A DNA stretch of 63,693 nucleotides, filler included, from Octopus bimaculoides (GCF_001194135.2; 9 parts of 9 records of this genome joined end to end with filler, not necessarily neighbours in it); one strand, 5' to 3'; shown: positions 37,986-51,838, numbered from the whole stretch's first letter. The notes: a model not told the origin generated them from the sequence alone. Made by a program: numbers and translations.

Positions 37986-38666
37986 TCTAACACAACAAAG
38001 ATATTTCTAAATCTTTCTTGCATCTGGGCTTCCAGTGAACAATTCCAAATTACAAATTGCTCAAGATTTCTCTTAGATATCATATTTAAGTGGTGGTGGT
38101 CATGTAAGGGTTTAAGCTATTGACTTTGTTAAATCAAAATGCATAATGCTTCGGGGATGGCTGTGTGGTTAAGAGATATGCTTTGCAAAACTGCATGGTT
38201 TCAGGTTCAATCCAACCGTGTGATACCTTGGCCAAGAGTCTCCTGGATCAGCCCTGAGCTGATAAATGATTTGTTAATGAAATTGGTAGATGGAAACTGT
38301 GAGGAAGCCCATTGTTTGTGTGTGCAACTCTGCAATGGACCAATACCCCATGTTGTGATCCCAGTCACTTATATATCACTGATATATATATATATATATA
38401 TACATTCATATACATGTATGTATTCTTTTTATTCATTTATTCTTTTACTTGTTTCAGCCATTTGACTGTGGCCATGCTGTAGTACTGCTTTAGTCGAATA
38501 AATCAACCCCAGAACTTATTCTTTGTAAGCCTAGTACCTATTCTATCAGTTCCTTTTGCTGAACTGCTAAGTTATGGGGAGGTAAACACTCTGATACCAG
38601 TTGCCAGGTGATGGTGGGGGGATAAACACAGACACATAAATACATACACACACATACATACATATA

Positions 38667-39050
38667 TTGGGTTGGAGACTAAGTTCCCGCTGTTTTTTTA
38701 AATTTTGGAATCTATTTTTTACGAGAATTCTATTTTTGAATAATTTTGGAAACTTTTTATTTTTTTATAGTTAATTTTAATTAATTTTTGTTTATTTTCA
38801 GATCATTAAAATGGAATGGTAAGTTAAGAAAAGCGAGCATTATAGTTTTCTGGATGAAAATACTTCTTCTGTTTAAGGCACTATTCCCTAGGTTTCCAAG
38901 GTGTTTTAATCATACTTTCCTTTCATTTCCATACGAATATATATATATAAATATATACATCGCTGGAAGAATCAATTTATCAGATGGAGTCCAATAAATG
39001 TCATCAAAAAAATGGAACAAGTCTTGATGGTTAGATGGAATATTTATTTC
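38667..39050 (+). mobile_element. Internally deleted mariner
   Basis: TA|TTGGGTTGGAGACTAAGTTCCCGC left TIR, then MEW*VKKSEHY (transposase start) fused to a C-terminal remnant. Confidence 0.65.
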
Positions 39051-39822
39051 ATTCAACCAAACACCTTTTTCTATAGCAAAAGACCATATTCAGGTATACA
39101 ATTGAAGAATATGTATTTCAACAGCAAGAATACACATTCTTATATTAAGTCATTTGGAACTCATCAGTGNNNNNNNNNNNNNNNNNNNNNNNNNNNNNNN
39201 NNNNNNNNNNNNNNNNNNNNNNNNNNNNNNNNNNNNNNNNNNNNNNNNNNNNNNNNNNNNNNNNNNNNNNNNNNNNNNNNNNNNNNNNNNNNNNNNNNNN
39301 NNNNNNNNNNTATATATATATATATATATATATGGGTGCAGGAGTGGCTGTGAGTTAAGTAGCTTGCTTACCAACCACATGGTTCCGGGTTCAATCCCAC
39401 TGCATACTACTTTGGGCATGTGGCTTCTACTATAGAGGCTGACGAAAGCCTTGTCAGTGGATTTTGTAAAGGGAAACTTAAAGATGCCTGTCGTGTGTGT
39501 ATGTGTGTATGTGTGTGTCTGTGTGTCTGTGTTTGTTCTCCTACCATTGCTTGACAACCACTATTGGTATGTTTACATACCCATAACTTAGCGGTTTGGC
39601 AAAAGAGCCCAATAGAATAAGTACTAAGCTGACAAAGAATAAGTGCTGGGGGTCAATTTCTTTGACTAAAGGTGGTGCTCCAGCATGGTTGCAGTCAAAT
39701 TACTGAAACAAATAAAAGATTGAAAAAAAAAAATATATATATTTATATATATCATCCGTTGCTCAGTTTTCAAATGTCGGTATTCAATATAAACAGTTAT
39801 ACATACCTAAATACACACATGT

Positions 39823-39862
<40 letters not shown>

Positions 39863-40588
39863 CACGCACACATATAGATATACATACATACATATATATA
39901 TATACATATGCATATATACATATACATATAATTATATATACATATACATATATATACATATGCATATTATATACATATACATATATATACACATACATAT
40001 ATATAAACATATATATATATACATATATACATATACACTCACATACATACATATATACAAGCATGCACACACACATAGATGCATATATATCTTTATATAT
40101 GTTGTGCTTTTCCAAAAATTCTAATACAGTTTTGTTACCATCAATAATATTGACGCTGTATCAAAAATAAACAACAACAAAAAAACAAAACAAAAAAGAA
40201 GCACGTTTTCCTGTAGAATGTTCCACAGGAATCTTCAGCTGTTCTTCATGCATTATTTAGTGTTTATTATAGAATTATACATAATATGCTGCAAACATTT
40301 GGAAACTGAACCATTATGTTTCGTCACTCTTTTTCTTCCTTCTCCTATGTGGCATATGTAGGGACATATTGTCTGTGTGTCAACTGAATCTGGCATATTC
40401 TCAGGTAAATTTTTACCAAGGAAACATGTGCAGGTGGAAATTCCAATGGGAAAGCAATAGTTTTAACTGAATTCTTCAATTTCAAATACAATATATATAT
40501 GTATACATATATATATATACATATATATGTATACATATATATATATATACATATATATGTATACATATATATATATATATGTATACAT

Positions 40589-40622
<34 letters not shown>

Positions 40623-41364
40623 ATATATATGTATACATATATATATATATATATACATATATATGTATACNNNNNNNNNNNNNNNNNNNNNNNNNNNNNN
40701 NNNNNNNNNNNNNNTTAATTAATTAANNNNNNNNNNNNNNNNNNNNNNNNNNNNNNNNNNNNNNNNNNNNTATATATATATATATATATATATGTTTGTG
40801 TGTCTGTGTTTGTCCCACCACCATCGCTTGACAACTGTTAATAGTGTGTTTAAGTCCCCATAAATTAGCGGTTCGACAAATAAGTACTACGCTTACAAGG
40901 AATAAGTCCTGGGGTCGATTTGTTCGACTAAATGCAGAGCTCCAGCATGGCCGCAGTCAAATGACTGAAACGAATATATGTATGTATGTATGTATGTGCG
41001 TGCGTGTGAGGTTAGTATGAGTGATCTTCAGAGATTTTGAGTTCTAGTATTTGTTATAGCTGTTTAGAAGGTAATGCAATATATTGTTTCCATGTTGTTT
41101 GTTGAGATTGTATCCTAGCAACAGACGGCGTATAATAACCATGGTAATAAGTTCGTTCCAACTCAAATAAAACAAACCAAATACAATCAATAAAATTCCT
41201 GAAGACAAAGACTAACGATAGTCTGTGGAGATAATAGAACAGTAACAACAAAACACTAGCTGCATATTACCATAAGGGGATCAAATGATAAAACTCAGTT
41301 ATACACACACACACACACACATACATGTGTGTGTGTATAGAAGCATATACATGTGTGTCTGCAG

Positions 41365-41808
41365 AGGAGCATAGTGGAGATCATCCAGCACGTAGCTAGC
41401 TCCATCCACCAAGGTAACAAGGTAACTATAGATTACCCCCACTAGAAACCCTAACAATAGACTCCCTGTCCTTGATATTGAACTTTGGTGAGAAACTGGG
41501 GATAACAAAGTGCAGCTCCTCCACCCCTATTACATGAAACCCCTTAGCTTCTAAATATGTTGTTCACAAGAACTCATCTTTGTCACACAATATAAAAATC
41601 AACATACTGATAGCAGACTTAGGATAATGAACATGTCCCCACTACGCAAACCCTTCGAAACAAAGAAACATGTACAGAACTTCAGGTACCGCATGCAATT
41701 CTCTGGATATGATCAGAAAAAATAGGGCTCTGGAATACAGGGGAGCTAGAAAGAAGTTAGATAGCATTATATGTAATGAAACTAATGGTGCCTGCCCTAG
41801 ATATAGAA
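41365..41808 (+). mobile_element. Decayed Penelope-like element, RT C-terminal region (different lineage from 5460-5990)
   Basis: Frameshifted peptides SIHQGNKVTIDYP, NNRLPVLDIELW, YYMKP, SKYVVHKNSSL..KINILIADL, RMQFSGY and GACPRYR. Confidence 0.62.
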
Positions 41809-42570
41809 GTAAAGACTGAAATTAACTGATCCTTCTGTATTTTCTTTTACCCAAAGCCAGGGACTTTTTAGCACCCCCTCGAAAGAGCTTCCATCATGTA
41901 TATATATTTCTTCATCTCACATGTGGTATTGATTGATAAAATTAATAGAGTAGCAACCAAAATGTTTCGCTGTATATATTATATACGTTCGCTTGTATTA
42001 TGATTCGGAACCGGGTTAACTTCTCTTTTCTCTTTCCGGGAAGACGATAATGTATGTATCAATCTACAAATACGGAGATCGATCAAATCGATTATATAAA
42101 ACTCAGGTCGATGTTCTCCAACATGTACTGAATCCAGTGAGTGGAACAAGTAAAAATAAATGAATAAATGAGTAAAAAGCATTCTGCTTGCATTAATATT
42201 TCCTGTGACAAGTCCAGCACAAACTCACCAAATATATTTCTCTTTTTACATACCTTTTCGCTCTCCCTCCCTCTCTCTTCCTGTCTCTCTCTTTCTCTTT
42301 CTAACTCTCTCTCCCTCTTCCTCTCACACCCCCAAACACGTTCATTTGTCGAGTCTTTCAGAAATAACACTGGAGTAGACATTCCATGTAAAGAGATCAG
42401 GAGGAATGTTGTTGTGTTGGGTATTCTCTTCAGAAACAAGACAACATCATATCCATGCTCGGAAATATGATACGCTTTAACAAGCTTCTCAGCCGACATA
42501 TAAGTTATACAGACCGCCAACACACAATCACACAGATAGCCGTCATATGTAGCACAAACCGCCGATATAT

Positions 42571-43780
42571 TGTGTCATCCCATAAATAACGCGGTCTTTT
42601 GATACCTCTTTTATTTTTCNNNNNNNNNNNNNNNNNNNNNNNNNNNNNNNNNNNNNNNNNNNNNNNNNNNNNNNNNNNNNNNNNNNNNNNNNNNNNNNNN
42701 NNNNNNNNNNNNNNNNNNNNNNNNNNNNNNNNNNNNNNNNNNNNNNNNNNNNNNNNNNNNNNNNNNNNNNNNNNNNNNNNNNNNNNNNNNNNNNNNNNNN
42801 NNNNNNNNNNNNNNNNNNNNNNNNNTTTGGAATGTCATCTTCCCTGTATGTGGCCGAGCATTATCCTGATGGAAGAATACCTTTCGTCTTGAAACCAAAG
42901 ACGATCGTTTTTCTTCTAGCGCTGACTTAAGCCGCTCAAGTTGCTCACAGTAGATCTCCTATGTTATCGTTTGGTTTCAGTTCAAAAGTTCAAAGTGAAC
43001 TAAATTTTTCGTATCCCACCAAACAGATAACAACACCTTACGCGGGTGAAGACTTTCTTTAGCCTGGGGTGCTGGTATTTCTCCTTTTCCTACTCACTGT
43101 CTTCGGCGCTTGACATTTTTATAGAGAACCCATTTCTCGTTACCAGTCACTATTCGGTCCAAAAAAGGTTTATTCGTGAGACGTGATAGCAAAGAAGAGC
43201 ACACATTCACTCTCTGCACACGATTAAACTCGGAGCATTTGTGAGGAACCCATTGAGCCAACTTGCTGACTTTTCCGATGGCACGCAGGTGTCGATGAAT
43301 GGTTGAATGACCAAATCCAAGCTTCTCTGTTAGTTCCTCAACATTTACGATGGGATTTTGTTCCACCAGGATTTACAAGACGTCCTTGTCGAGCTCAGCA
43401 GATCTTCCAGGACGAGGCTCCTCTTTTAGGCTGTAGTTTCCGGCTCGGAATTTCTGGAACTACCGTTGACATTGGCTTACACTTATTGTCCGATCCCCAT
43501 ATACTGCATTAACATTCCTCGCACTTTCCGTTGCGTTGTTGCCTTTATTGGAATCATAAAGCAAAATATGCCGAATGTGCTCCTTTGTCACTTCCATAAT
43601 AGCTTTGAAAAAGTAACTGTTAAAATCGAACTGCACACTTCAAAACTTGCACTAAGAATAAGTACAAGACACAATTACCACTGATTTTATAGCAAGTTGA
43701 TGCAGGTAGTTTATCCCGACCCACTCCGACTTCTATTTCATGCAACTGAAAAAACTGCATTATTTACGAGATGGCCCAAT
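42571..43780 (-). mobile_element. Near full-length mariner with a dead transposase
   Basis: ATG at 43597: MEVTKEHIRHILLY..; WVPH, DRIVTGNEKWVLY, LHPRKVLLSVWWD and FHQDNARPH motifs, with internal stops. TIRs TCATCCCATAAATAACGCGG (about 42576) and CTGCATTATTTACGAGATGG (about 43757). Confidence 0.9.
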
Positions 43781-45696
43781 ACATAACACAGACAGCTAAT
43801 ATACACAACGTAGACAACCAATATACACTGACACAGACAGCCAACACACAATCATACAGGCAGCCGACGTACATGACATAAACTCATGATATACAATCAT
43901 ACAGGCAGCGACATACATAACACTGATAGCTGACATACATAACACAGACAGACAGTGGATGTACATTGACACAGACAGCCGACATACTGTCACGCAAACA
44001 GCCGACATACAATCTCACAAGCAACTAATATAGACTCTCTCTAATTTACGGAAGATAAGCAGCAAAGTTGATTTATGTAGCGGCATTATCATTTAGAAAT
44101 AACCTCTACAGGAATTGTAGCGCATGATAATATACCTAGACTTTTACTTAGAGGCAGAGAACACCACCTTTAATGAAACAAATAGCAAATATGAATTTGG
44201 TTCAGATATGAATGGTGTGGCATTATTCACAGTATATTTTGCACGAAATTCGATAGAATGCAGTGGGAGTCTATTATTTCACATCGACATTCATTCTTGT
44301 GTAATCCGTCTAATGTTAAACAAAGTATGTCTACGCGTCAAGGAAAGATTGTTTCTTTTCGTACATATGATCTGGATTTCCCTCATCAATATTTTGTTAC
44401 TTTTTAAGTACCTGCAATACATTTAAATTGATTTTGACATAGTACTTACTGACCTGGACCTCTATCAACTGACTTCTTTCATATAATGCCTGTCCCTTCA
44501 AGCTGACGATATTTTCTCTTGTCAACTTGAAGGCTGACTTACGTGTGACGTGTACATTCTGCCAACAAAGACAGGGATGCAGAAACTGGAAAATACTATT
44601 GACTCAGTCTCGCATTCACGCTGCCTTCTTAGAGGTTAAAATGAGATTGATCTTCTCTAACCCACTGTCAGCTTTTGTATTACTATTTTCTGTAGAGGGT
44701 AAGTATTTTCCTTGTGTCACTTCTCGATAATTTCTTTGTTAGATTTCAACAAAATGAGATTTCTTCACGATGTCTTTATGTCTCCTTTTTAGCTGCTATA
44801 TATTGCTAAACCATTTCCCCCGTCTGTATCAATTTTTGTTCACCACATCTACGAAAGAAAACCGCATTACTCTCATCGCAATGCCTCATTTCGAATTCTA
44901 ACTAATCGTGATTTTCGTGCACCAAAGCCTTTTACTCTTTTCTCTTTTTCAATATTGAATCATCGTCGTTGCAATTGTTTGATTAATTTGGTCATTACTT
45001 AACAATATTATATTCTTTGATAAAGGTATAGCCTCGATTAATTAAAGTTATCATGCTGTCCACATTATGTATGTTAGCACTTTTCTAGGTATTACTGTAA
45101 TTTCTGTTGAAATACTGTTGGTGCAACTGAAAATGTTCTCGATACGAGAATTAATGATGTTATCCGTACATAATAGTTTTTTTCTGTCGTTTGCCCAGAA
45201 AGAGAATCAAGCAAAAAAAGCAGAAGAACACAATTAACATCCCTTTCTTATTTCACTGAATGTAGACGTACGAACAAACTGAAAATAATAAACGGAATAA
45301 TGCCTTTTGTCTCCTGTCTGGCCCTAAGGCCGTATCCCCCATATTCATTCCAGATTTTTCGTATGTCCACATTTAGTTTTGTTTGTTTCCATCTTTGTCT
45401 CTTGTCCGTTCACTAATCGTCTCGTCTTGAATTACATTTATTTCATATTTGTATGTTCACTTTCTGTATTGCACACTTGTTGATTTCTTGTTTGTTTGTA
45501 CATTTTATGTCATGTTTGGTCCATTATTCGTTGGCCCGCCATCTCCTGGTGGCTTCTAGCTGTCGGCGACACCAGAGGGTTCATCAAAATTATCCTTCAA
45601 GGCGCGAATTTGCGTTTCACTGTCTGGTCGTTAACAGAGGATGGTTTGTTGACTGTCTGTTTTCCGTTAGTATGTGCATTCACTATATGTTTTTCA

Positions 45697-45747
<51 letters not shown>

Positions 45748-46918
45748 ATCGAGCCGATTATTGGATGTCGTTATACGTCGCTGGTCACAATGTGCTTTCC
45801 ATCGTTTTAGCTTTCAAATGCTGCCACCCTGTTGGCTTGGCGAGCAGGCCATACTTGCGCGCCCGGGCACACACTCACACGCACACACACGTACGCACAG
45901 ACATATATTTATATAATATTGTATTATTTATAAGGCGGGGTGTTGATAGAGTCTTTAGCACAAAATAGACACCATTTGAGCACTAGATCGATGTCTGTTG
46001 TAGAAAAGTTTCTATATACATACATATATATATGTACATAAATGCATACATACGTACGTACGTATGTACGTACATGCATACATACATATATGCATGCATG
46101 CATGCATACATACATGTATACGTACATACATACAAAAATACCTTGTTGATGTTGAAATTCCAATGAAGGAGCCTTGAATCTAGGTCAGAAACCGGCTCTT
46201 TCTTGAAATCTTGAAATAAAACTGAACATTGACATACATATATTTGCACATACATACATATGCACATACATACATACATCCATCCATAGTGCATACATAC
46301 ATATACACACATACATATATATCAGAGTAAGCGCATAAATGTGAAATTAGGTGGGGAAAAAAGTACTCGATTACCGGAGGTAGAGTTATATGCTTTATTA
46401 CTAAAGCTGCAAAAATATCACAATAAACTGCTACTCAAGAGTTTCACGTTCCCGTTCATCTTCACTCTGCTTATGGAGAGTCGCTTAAGCCTTCTTAAAA
46501 AGGAGCGGGTTACACCAGAGTAAGCACATAAATGTGAAACAAGACGGGAAAAAATAGTATTCGAATACCGGAGGTAGAGTAGGCGGAATGACAATACTCA
46601 TAATGGTCAAAAGGGCATCCGAAACAGGTAATAGGGAGGAACGAATGATTCCTCAAACCGGAAAATTGGTTTCAATATTTTCCTTGCAACAGTACACACT
46701 CCATCACTAAAGACACCCAAGTAACCAGGTGGGGATGTTAAGACGGATGATGGATTACGTCTACCACCCAAGCAGACTCAGTGGTATTTGAACTCAGAGG
46801 GCAAAGAGCCGGAAGAAATACGGTAAAGCATTCTGTCCGATGCTCCAAAGACTCTCCACACTGACCGCCCACACATATATGTGTGTATGTGTGTGTGTGT
46901 GCGTGTGCGAATATATAT

Positions 46919-46949
<31 letters not shown>

Positions 46950-47020
46950 CACACATATATACACGCATACATACATACATTTATAGAAATATATATATAT
47001 ATATACACATACATACACAC

Positions 47021-47094
<74 letters not shown>

Positions 47095-47135
47095 ATGTGT
47101 GTGTGTGTGTGTGTATAGGTTGAAAGATAGACAAA

Positions 47136-47231
47136 CAGACAGACCGTCTGGCAGACAGACCGTCTGGCAGACAGACCGTCTGGCAGACAGACCGTCTGGC
47201 AGACAGACCGTCTGGCAGACAGACCGTCTGG
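47136..47231. repeat. Perfect 16-bp minisatellite (CAGACAGACCGTCTGG)x6
   Basis: Six identical units with no spacers, embedded in (CAGA)n. Confidence 0.95.
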
Positions 47232-48384
47232 CAGACAGACAGACAGATATATAGATAGGATATGCATGCATTCATATATGTATGTATGCATGCATACATG
47301 TACGTACGTATGTATGTATGTATGTATGCATGCATGTATGTATGTATGTATGTATGTATGCATGTATGTATGTATGTATGTATGTATCAGAAGGCATTTA
47401 GTGCGACGCAGTACTGTTTCCAGCCATCATTCCTCGCTATACCATTGTCACTCGTTCAATATTAACAGTATTAAGAACAACAATAGTTGCAGATATAAAA
47501 GAAAAAAGTATGGCCGACACTTTGTAGCGGTTTAGGTTCAGAGCTTTTATGTATTGTTAAACGATTCGGCCGCATAGGTGTCGATGAATATTTGTAGCTA
47601 TTTCCATTCATGGATTATTTTCCTTGTTTTTACTTTTCGTTATGTTATTTTATTTCTATTCTTTCCTCCTATTGTCTAATGGTAGGACCGCTTAGGTCAA
47701 TGAATAATCGCTGTAAGAGTGTTGGAGCATACTTTGAATGGCCATGCAACAGTTTACTGTCTGAAACTAACCAACAGTCTGAAGTTGAAAGCGAAGTGTT
47801 TGGCGAATGGAATTAGAATAAGGATAGGGAAAACAAAAACAAAAAAAAACACTGAAACGGTGTTAGATTTATCGGATGGAAAATAAGAGAAGGTAGTGTA
47901 TGAATATTTGTGTATGTATGTGTATATACGTGCATATATAGGCATATCTGCATGAATATATGAATGCGTATATACAAGTAAATTTAAATATATGGACATA
48001 CATAAGTGTGAGTACATATATATGTATGCATCTGTCTGTTTATCTATCTGTTTATCTATCTATATATATNNNNNNNNNNNNNNNNNNNNNNNNNNNNNNN
48101 NNNNNNNNNNNNNTTAATTAATTAANNNNNNNNNNNNNNNNNNNNNNNNNNNNNNNNNNNNNNNNNNNNGACGAAGACAGGTGTATAAACAATAAATGGG
48201 TATATTGGTATGACGCTCGGGAAGGGAAGAAAGTATTTTACGTTTGAGCCGCATGTGTGAGTGTGTGTGTGTGTGTGTGTATGTGTGTGTGTGTGTATGT
48301 GTGTGTGTGTGTGTGTAGCGGGGGATGGGGTTTGAGCTCTTATGCATATATATATATATATATATATGGGTGGCTTATTAGCAA

Positions 48385-48486
48385 TTTAACAAACTAAAGG
48401 CAAATTTATAGATGTCACTGACGTGACAGAGGGTAGAGTTGTACCAGAGACAGACAGACACACATTCTCATTTTTATATATATAGA
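48385..48486 (-). mobile_element. 5' end of a non-autonomous Helitron-like repeat
   Basis: The - strand reads A|TCTATATATATAAAAATGAGAATGTGTGTCTGTCTGTC, the 5'-TC start typical of short Helitrons. No CTAG end is found. Confidence 0.5.
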
Positions 48487-49438
48487 TGATGCTGTTATAG
48501 TCTTCAAAATCTGCTTCTGCCAATACCATCTGCTTGTCAGGTAAACTGGACAAATCTGCTATTTTATATTTTCTTCTGAAAAGACTGAAGTCATTCACCT
48601 AATTTGGTCAAGCCTAGGCCTGTATCCACGCGGAATTCTAATGAGCTCACCATCTACTCTACACCGATCGCCTATTTTCAACACGGGGCAAGTAGATGCT
48701 TTCTTGGGAAGCAATATAACCATCTTCATCAAATAGTTTCTCAAATTGACAGCTTTCATTTTGTATAGTTAGTCTTGTTGACAAACCACAGAAGTAATTG
48801 TTTTCACCTCAATAGACGTCATTGATTGGTTGAAATTAACGAAATACGACAACTTTAACACGAAATAACTTCTAAAATACACAGTTTTCTTAAAAACACC
48901 AAAAATAAATGATGTTTTAAATGACATATATTCTTCCAGTATACGAAATTTGAAAGTGTTTAGATACAAAAAAAACTTCTTTTCTATGCGCTGGCCGAAA
49001 GGAAAAGATCCAAAATGGCTATTTCCTTCAAACTTTGCTTTCTTTACATTTATTCAAACCCCCAAAGAATCTCTCTCATCACATAACTATGACGCTCCCC
49101 CCACTAATCCTGCTCATGATCAGAGACGCACATATTATCTGCCATTAACAGTCATGCACAAGTAATTATGAGCAAGCAACTGACAAGCAAATCTGTGGTA
49201 CTGAGCAAAATATTTGCTATAACGATATTTCTGCTTCAGCAACACCGTGTTGAATCCGTCTGAAATAAAATGGAAAATAGGTCAGTTTCAATGTATTGAT
49301 GTCCAAGTGATAAAAGCAAAGTTTAAAGGGAATAGTAGTAATTTCCTTTAATTTTTAGATAGAAGCAAATAGGAAATAACACTTACTGACGAAAGACTAA
49401 AAAGAAAAAATTATTATATTTTGTTACATTGTGTAATG

Positions 49439-49795
49439 TGGAGGCGCAATGGCCCAGTGGTTAGGGCAGCGGACTCGCAGTCATAGGATCGCGGTTTCGA
49501 TTCCCAGACCGGGCGTTGTGAGTGTTTATTAAGCGAAAACACCTAAAGCTCCACGAAAACACCTAAAGCTGCTGTACTCTTTCTCTCACTCTTACTTCCT
49601 GTTTCTGTTGTGCCTGTAATTCAAAGGGTCAGCCTTGTCACACTGTATCACGCTGAATATGCCCAAGAACTACGTTAAGGGTACACGTGTCTGTGGACCG
49701 CTCAGCCACTTGCACGTTAATTTCACGAGCAGGCTGTTCCGTTGATCGGATCAACTGGAACCCTCGATGTCGTAAGCGACGGAGTGCCAACAACA
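49439..49795 (+). mobile_element. tRNA-headed SINE (family D), full length, with perfect TSD
   Basis: A and B boxes, (CAA)n tail, perfect 13-bp TSD ACATTGTGTAATG (49426-49438 / 49796-49808). Partial copies at about 15370-15500 and 30841-30944. Confidence 0.9.
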
Positions 49796-51484
49796 ACATT
49801 GTGTAATGGACCAATCTGCAGATAAGACACATTAGATTTCGATTTTCCGCTGGTAAAGTAAATCGACATTATGTCAGTTTTAATTGTCTAGGAAATAGGT
49901 CAAAACTTCAATAAAAAAACAACCCATTTTCCTGAGCGTCTTTGTTTAATAAAAATTAACCTCAAAGTTGTTTAATGTGTAAAGAAAGAAATAACTGATT
50001 TTAATGTCTAGTAATTAAAATAACATCCAGTTATTTAATATGGTACGCAGCCAATTCGTACTGGCTTCCGATTTAAGCAGAATTTTCGACATCAGTTAAG
50101 GCCGACCGAAACTATCAAACACTGAAAGGCAACATTGACTTCGTCCGGATTTGAAATCAGGAAGGGCCCGGAAAAAATACCGCTAGGCATGTTGTCCGAA
50201 GCGCAGATCATTCTACCTGCTAGTTTCAAATTTTGACCCTAGGCCAATAATTTTAAAGGGAGATGAATAGTTGATTACATCGATACTAATACTTGACCAG
50301 TACTTTATTTCATCAACCCAGAGGGATCAAAAGCAAAGCTGACTCCAGCGGAATTTGAAGTTAAAAAGTGAAAAGCCAGGATGAATATCCCTCAGCATTT
50401 TTTCGATGCTCTTACCATTTTGCCAGATCGCTGCCTTAGTTTCTAATTTAGGCACAAGGTCAGCAACATTTTAAGGAAGGTAACTGGTCAAGTATTTCCC
50501 CCACACTTTAACGAGTTCGCCAGCTGACTGCTGGCCGCTGGCGCTGTAAATTGCTCATAAAGTTAATAAAAATAAACAAAATTATTTTATTTTATGAACC
50601 TCGTGATCATATCATATTTAAATCATAAACATGTCACTGCATTTAATGACAACACTTCTATTGCTTTTTGTTTTTTTGTTTTGCTTTAACTACAAAATAC
50701 CAGGAGAGAAGAAATGGTTTGACATTTTTCATGAAATGAAATTTTTCACAATCCATATATGTTTTAGCTTATTTATTTATTTACAGTAACATTGGTTTCC
50801 CATTTTTATATAAGGCCAGCAATTTCGATGAATGGGGTAGGTCAATTACATCGACCTTAGTGCTCAACTGGTACTTGTTTTATCGACTCCGAAAAGGTGA
50901 AAGGCAAAGTCAACCCCGGCAGGATTTCAACTCAGAACATGAAGACGGAAGAAATGCCGCTAAGTGTTTTCCCGGCGTGAGTTGCTGAAGCAAAATATCG
51001 TTATAGCAAATAATCTGCTCCATTAATACTGTCACTCGAGGTGTGCGGTGTTATATATCCGTAACGGCCGATCTTCCCTATCGGTTTGACACACTCAGAG
51101 ATGTTTCGATATCAAGGGACATAACTCTTAACTGAAATCCCGCTCGGTTCATTTCATCGTCTTTTTCACAGGAACCACAAACCGGGTGTGTCTGTTCATC
51201 TCCAACAATAGAGTGCAATCGCCATATTTCATTCCAAAACAGCTCTCTGAAGAGCACGAGGTTACATAAACGGATTATTACCTAACACCCCATTGAACCC
51301 ATAGTGCGAAACCAGTTGATAAGATCGGCCGCAATTGATATATAATAATGTACACCTCGGAAAATATATTCTCTCAGGACATTCCGATAAATAGATTATC
51401 TCCCTTGGCTAGAAGGCTCTCAATGCAGACAATTCTACTTCCGCGGACTACCCACGCCATTGTTGTTGTGTGTCACGTGATATC

Positions 51485-51838
51485 ATGAATATTAAGCAGC
51501 TCGAATTAAAGAATTATTTGCGATTACATGGACAGTATGTTACTAGAAAAAAGGTGGATTTGGTTGAAAGGTTAAAAGAACGTCAGTGAATTAAAATCAA
51601 CAGACGAGAAGTGTGCTTCAGACCGGAATAAGCAGAAACTTGTATCTACCTGATCCTAATGTGTTGAAATCAGATTCGACTAAAGATCTTCATAAGTTGC
51701 CGAATTTTACGGATAATGACGTTTACAACTACCTCGTGCTACGGATGAAGGCAAAGCGACAGTTAAGGAGTGGCATATTTTACCATGACAGACACGTCCA
51801 CAACATTGAATATCACGGTGTTACCGAAAACTACTCTC

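Noticed and set aside
39140-39168. - strand CTGATGAGTTCCAAATGAC, resembling a hammerhead start
   Set aside because: No GAAA or stem III follows.
40362-40404. Exon-like [14 protein letters not shown] with AG/GT borders, reminiscent of SDR GHIVNISS
   Set aside because: Only four residues match exactly, the intron positions differ from the SDR exon, and no companion exons were found.
47136-47231. Regular repeat array as CRISPR
   Set aside because: No spacers, 16-bp units, eukaryotic context.
48490-48760. - strand peptide LKIGDRCRV..RGYRP, faintly like a Maverick integrase tail
   Set aside because: Similarity is too weak and broken by stops, with no other Maverick features nearby.
49439-49515. 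tRNA-like sequence with A and B boxes
   Set aside because: No complete cloverleaf. It is the head of a TSD-flanked SINE, so no tRNA gene is called anywhere in the window.
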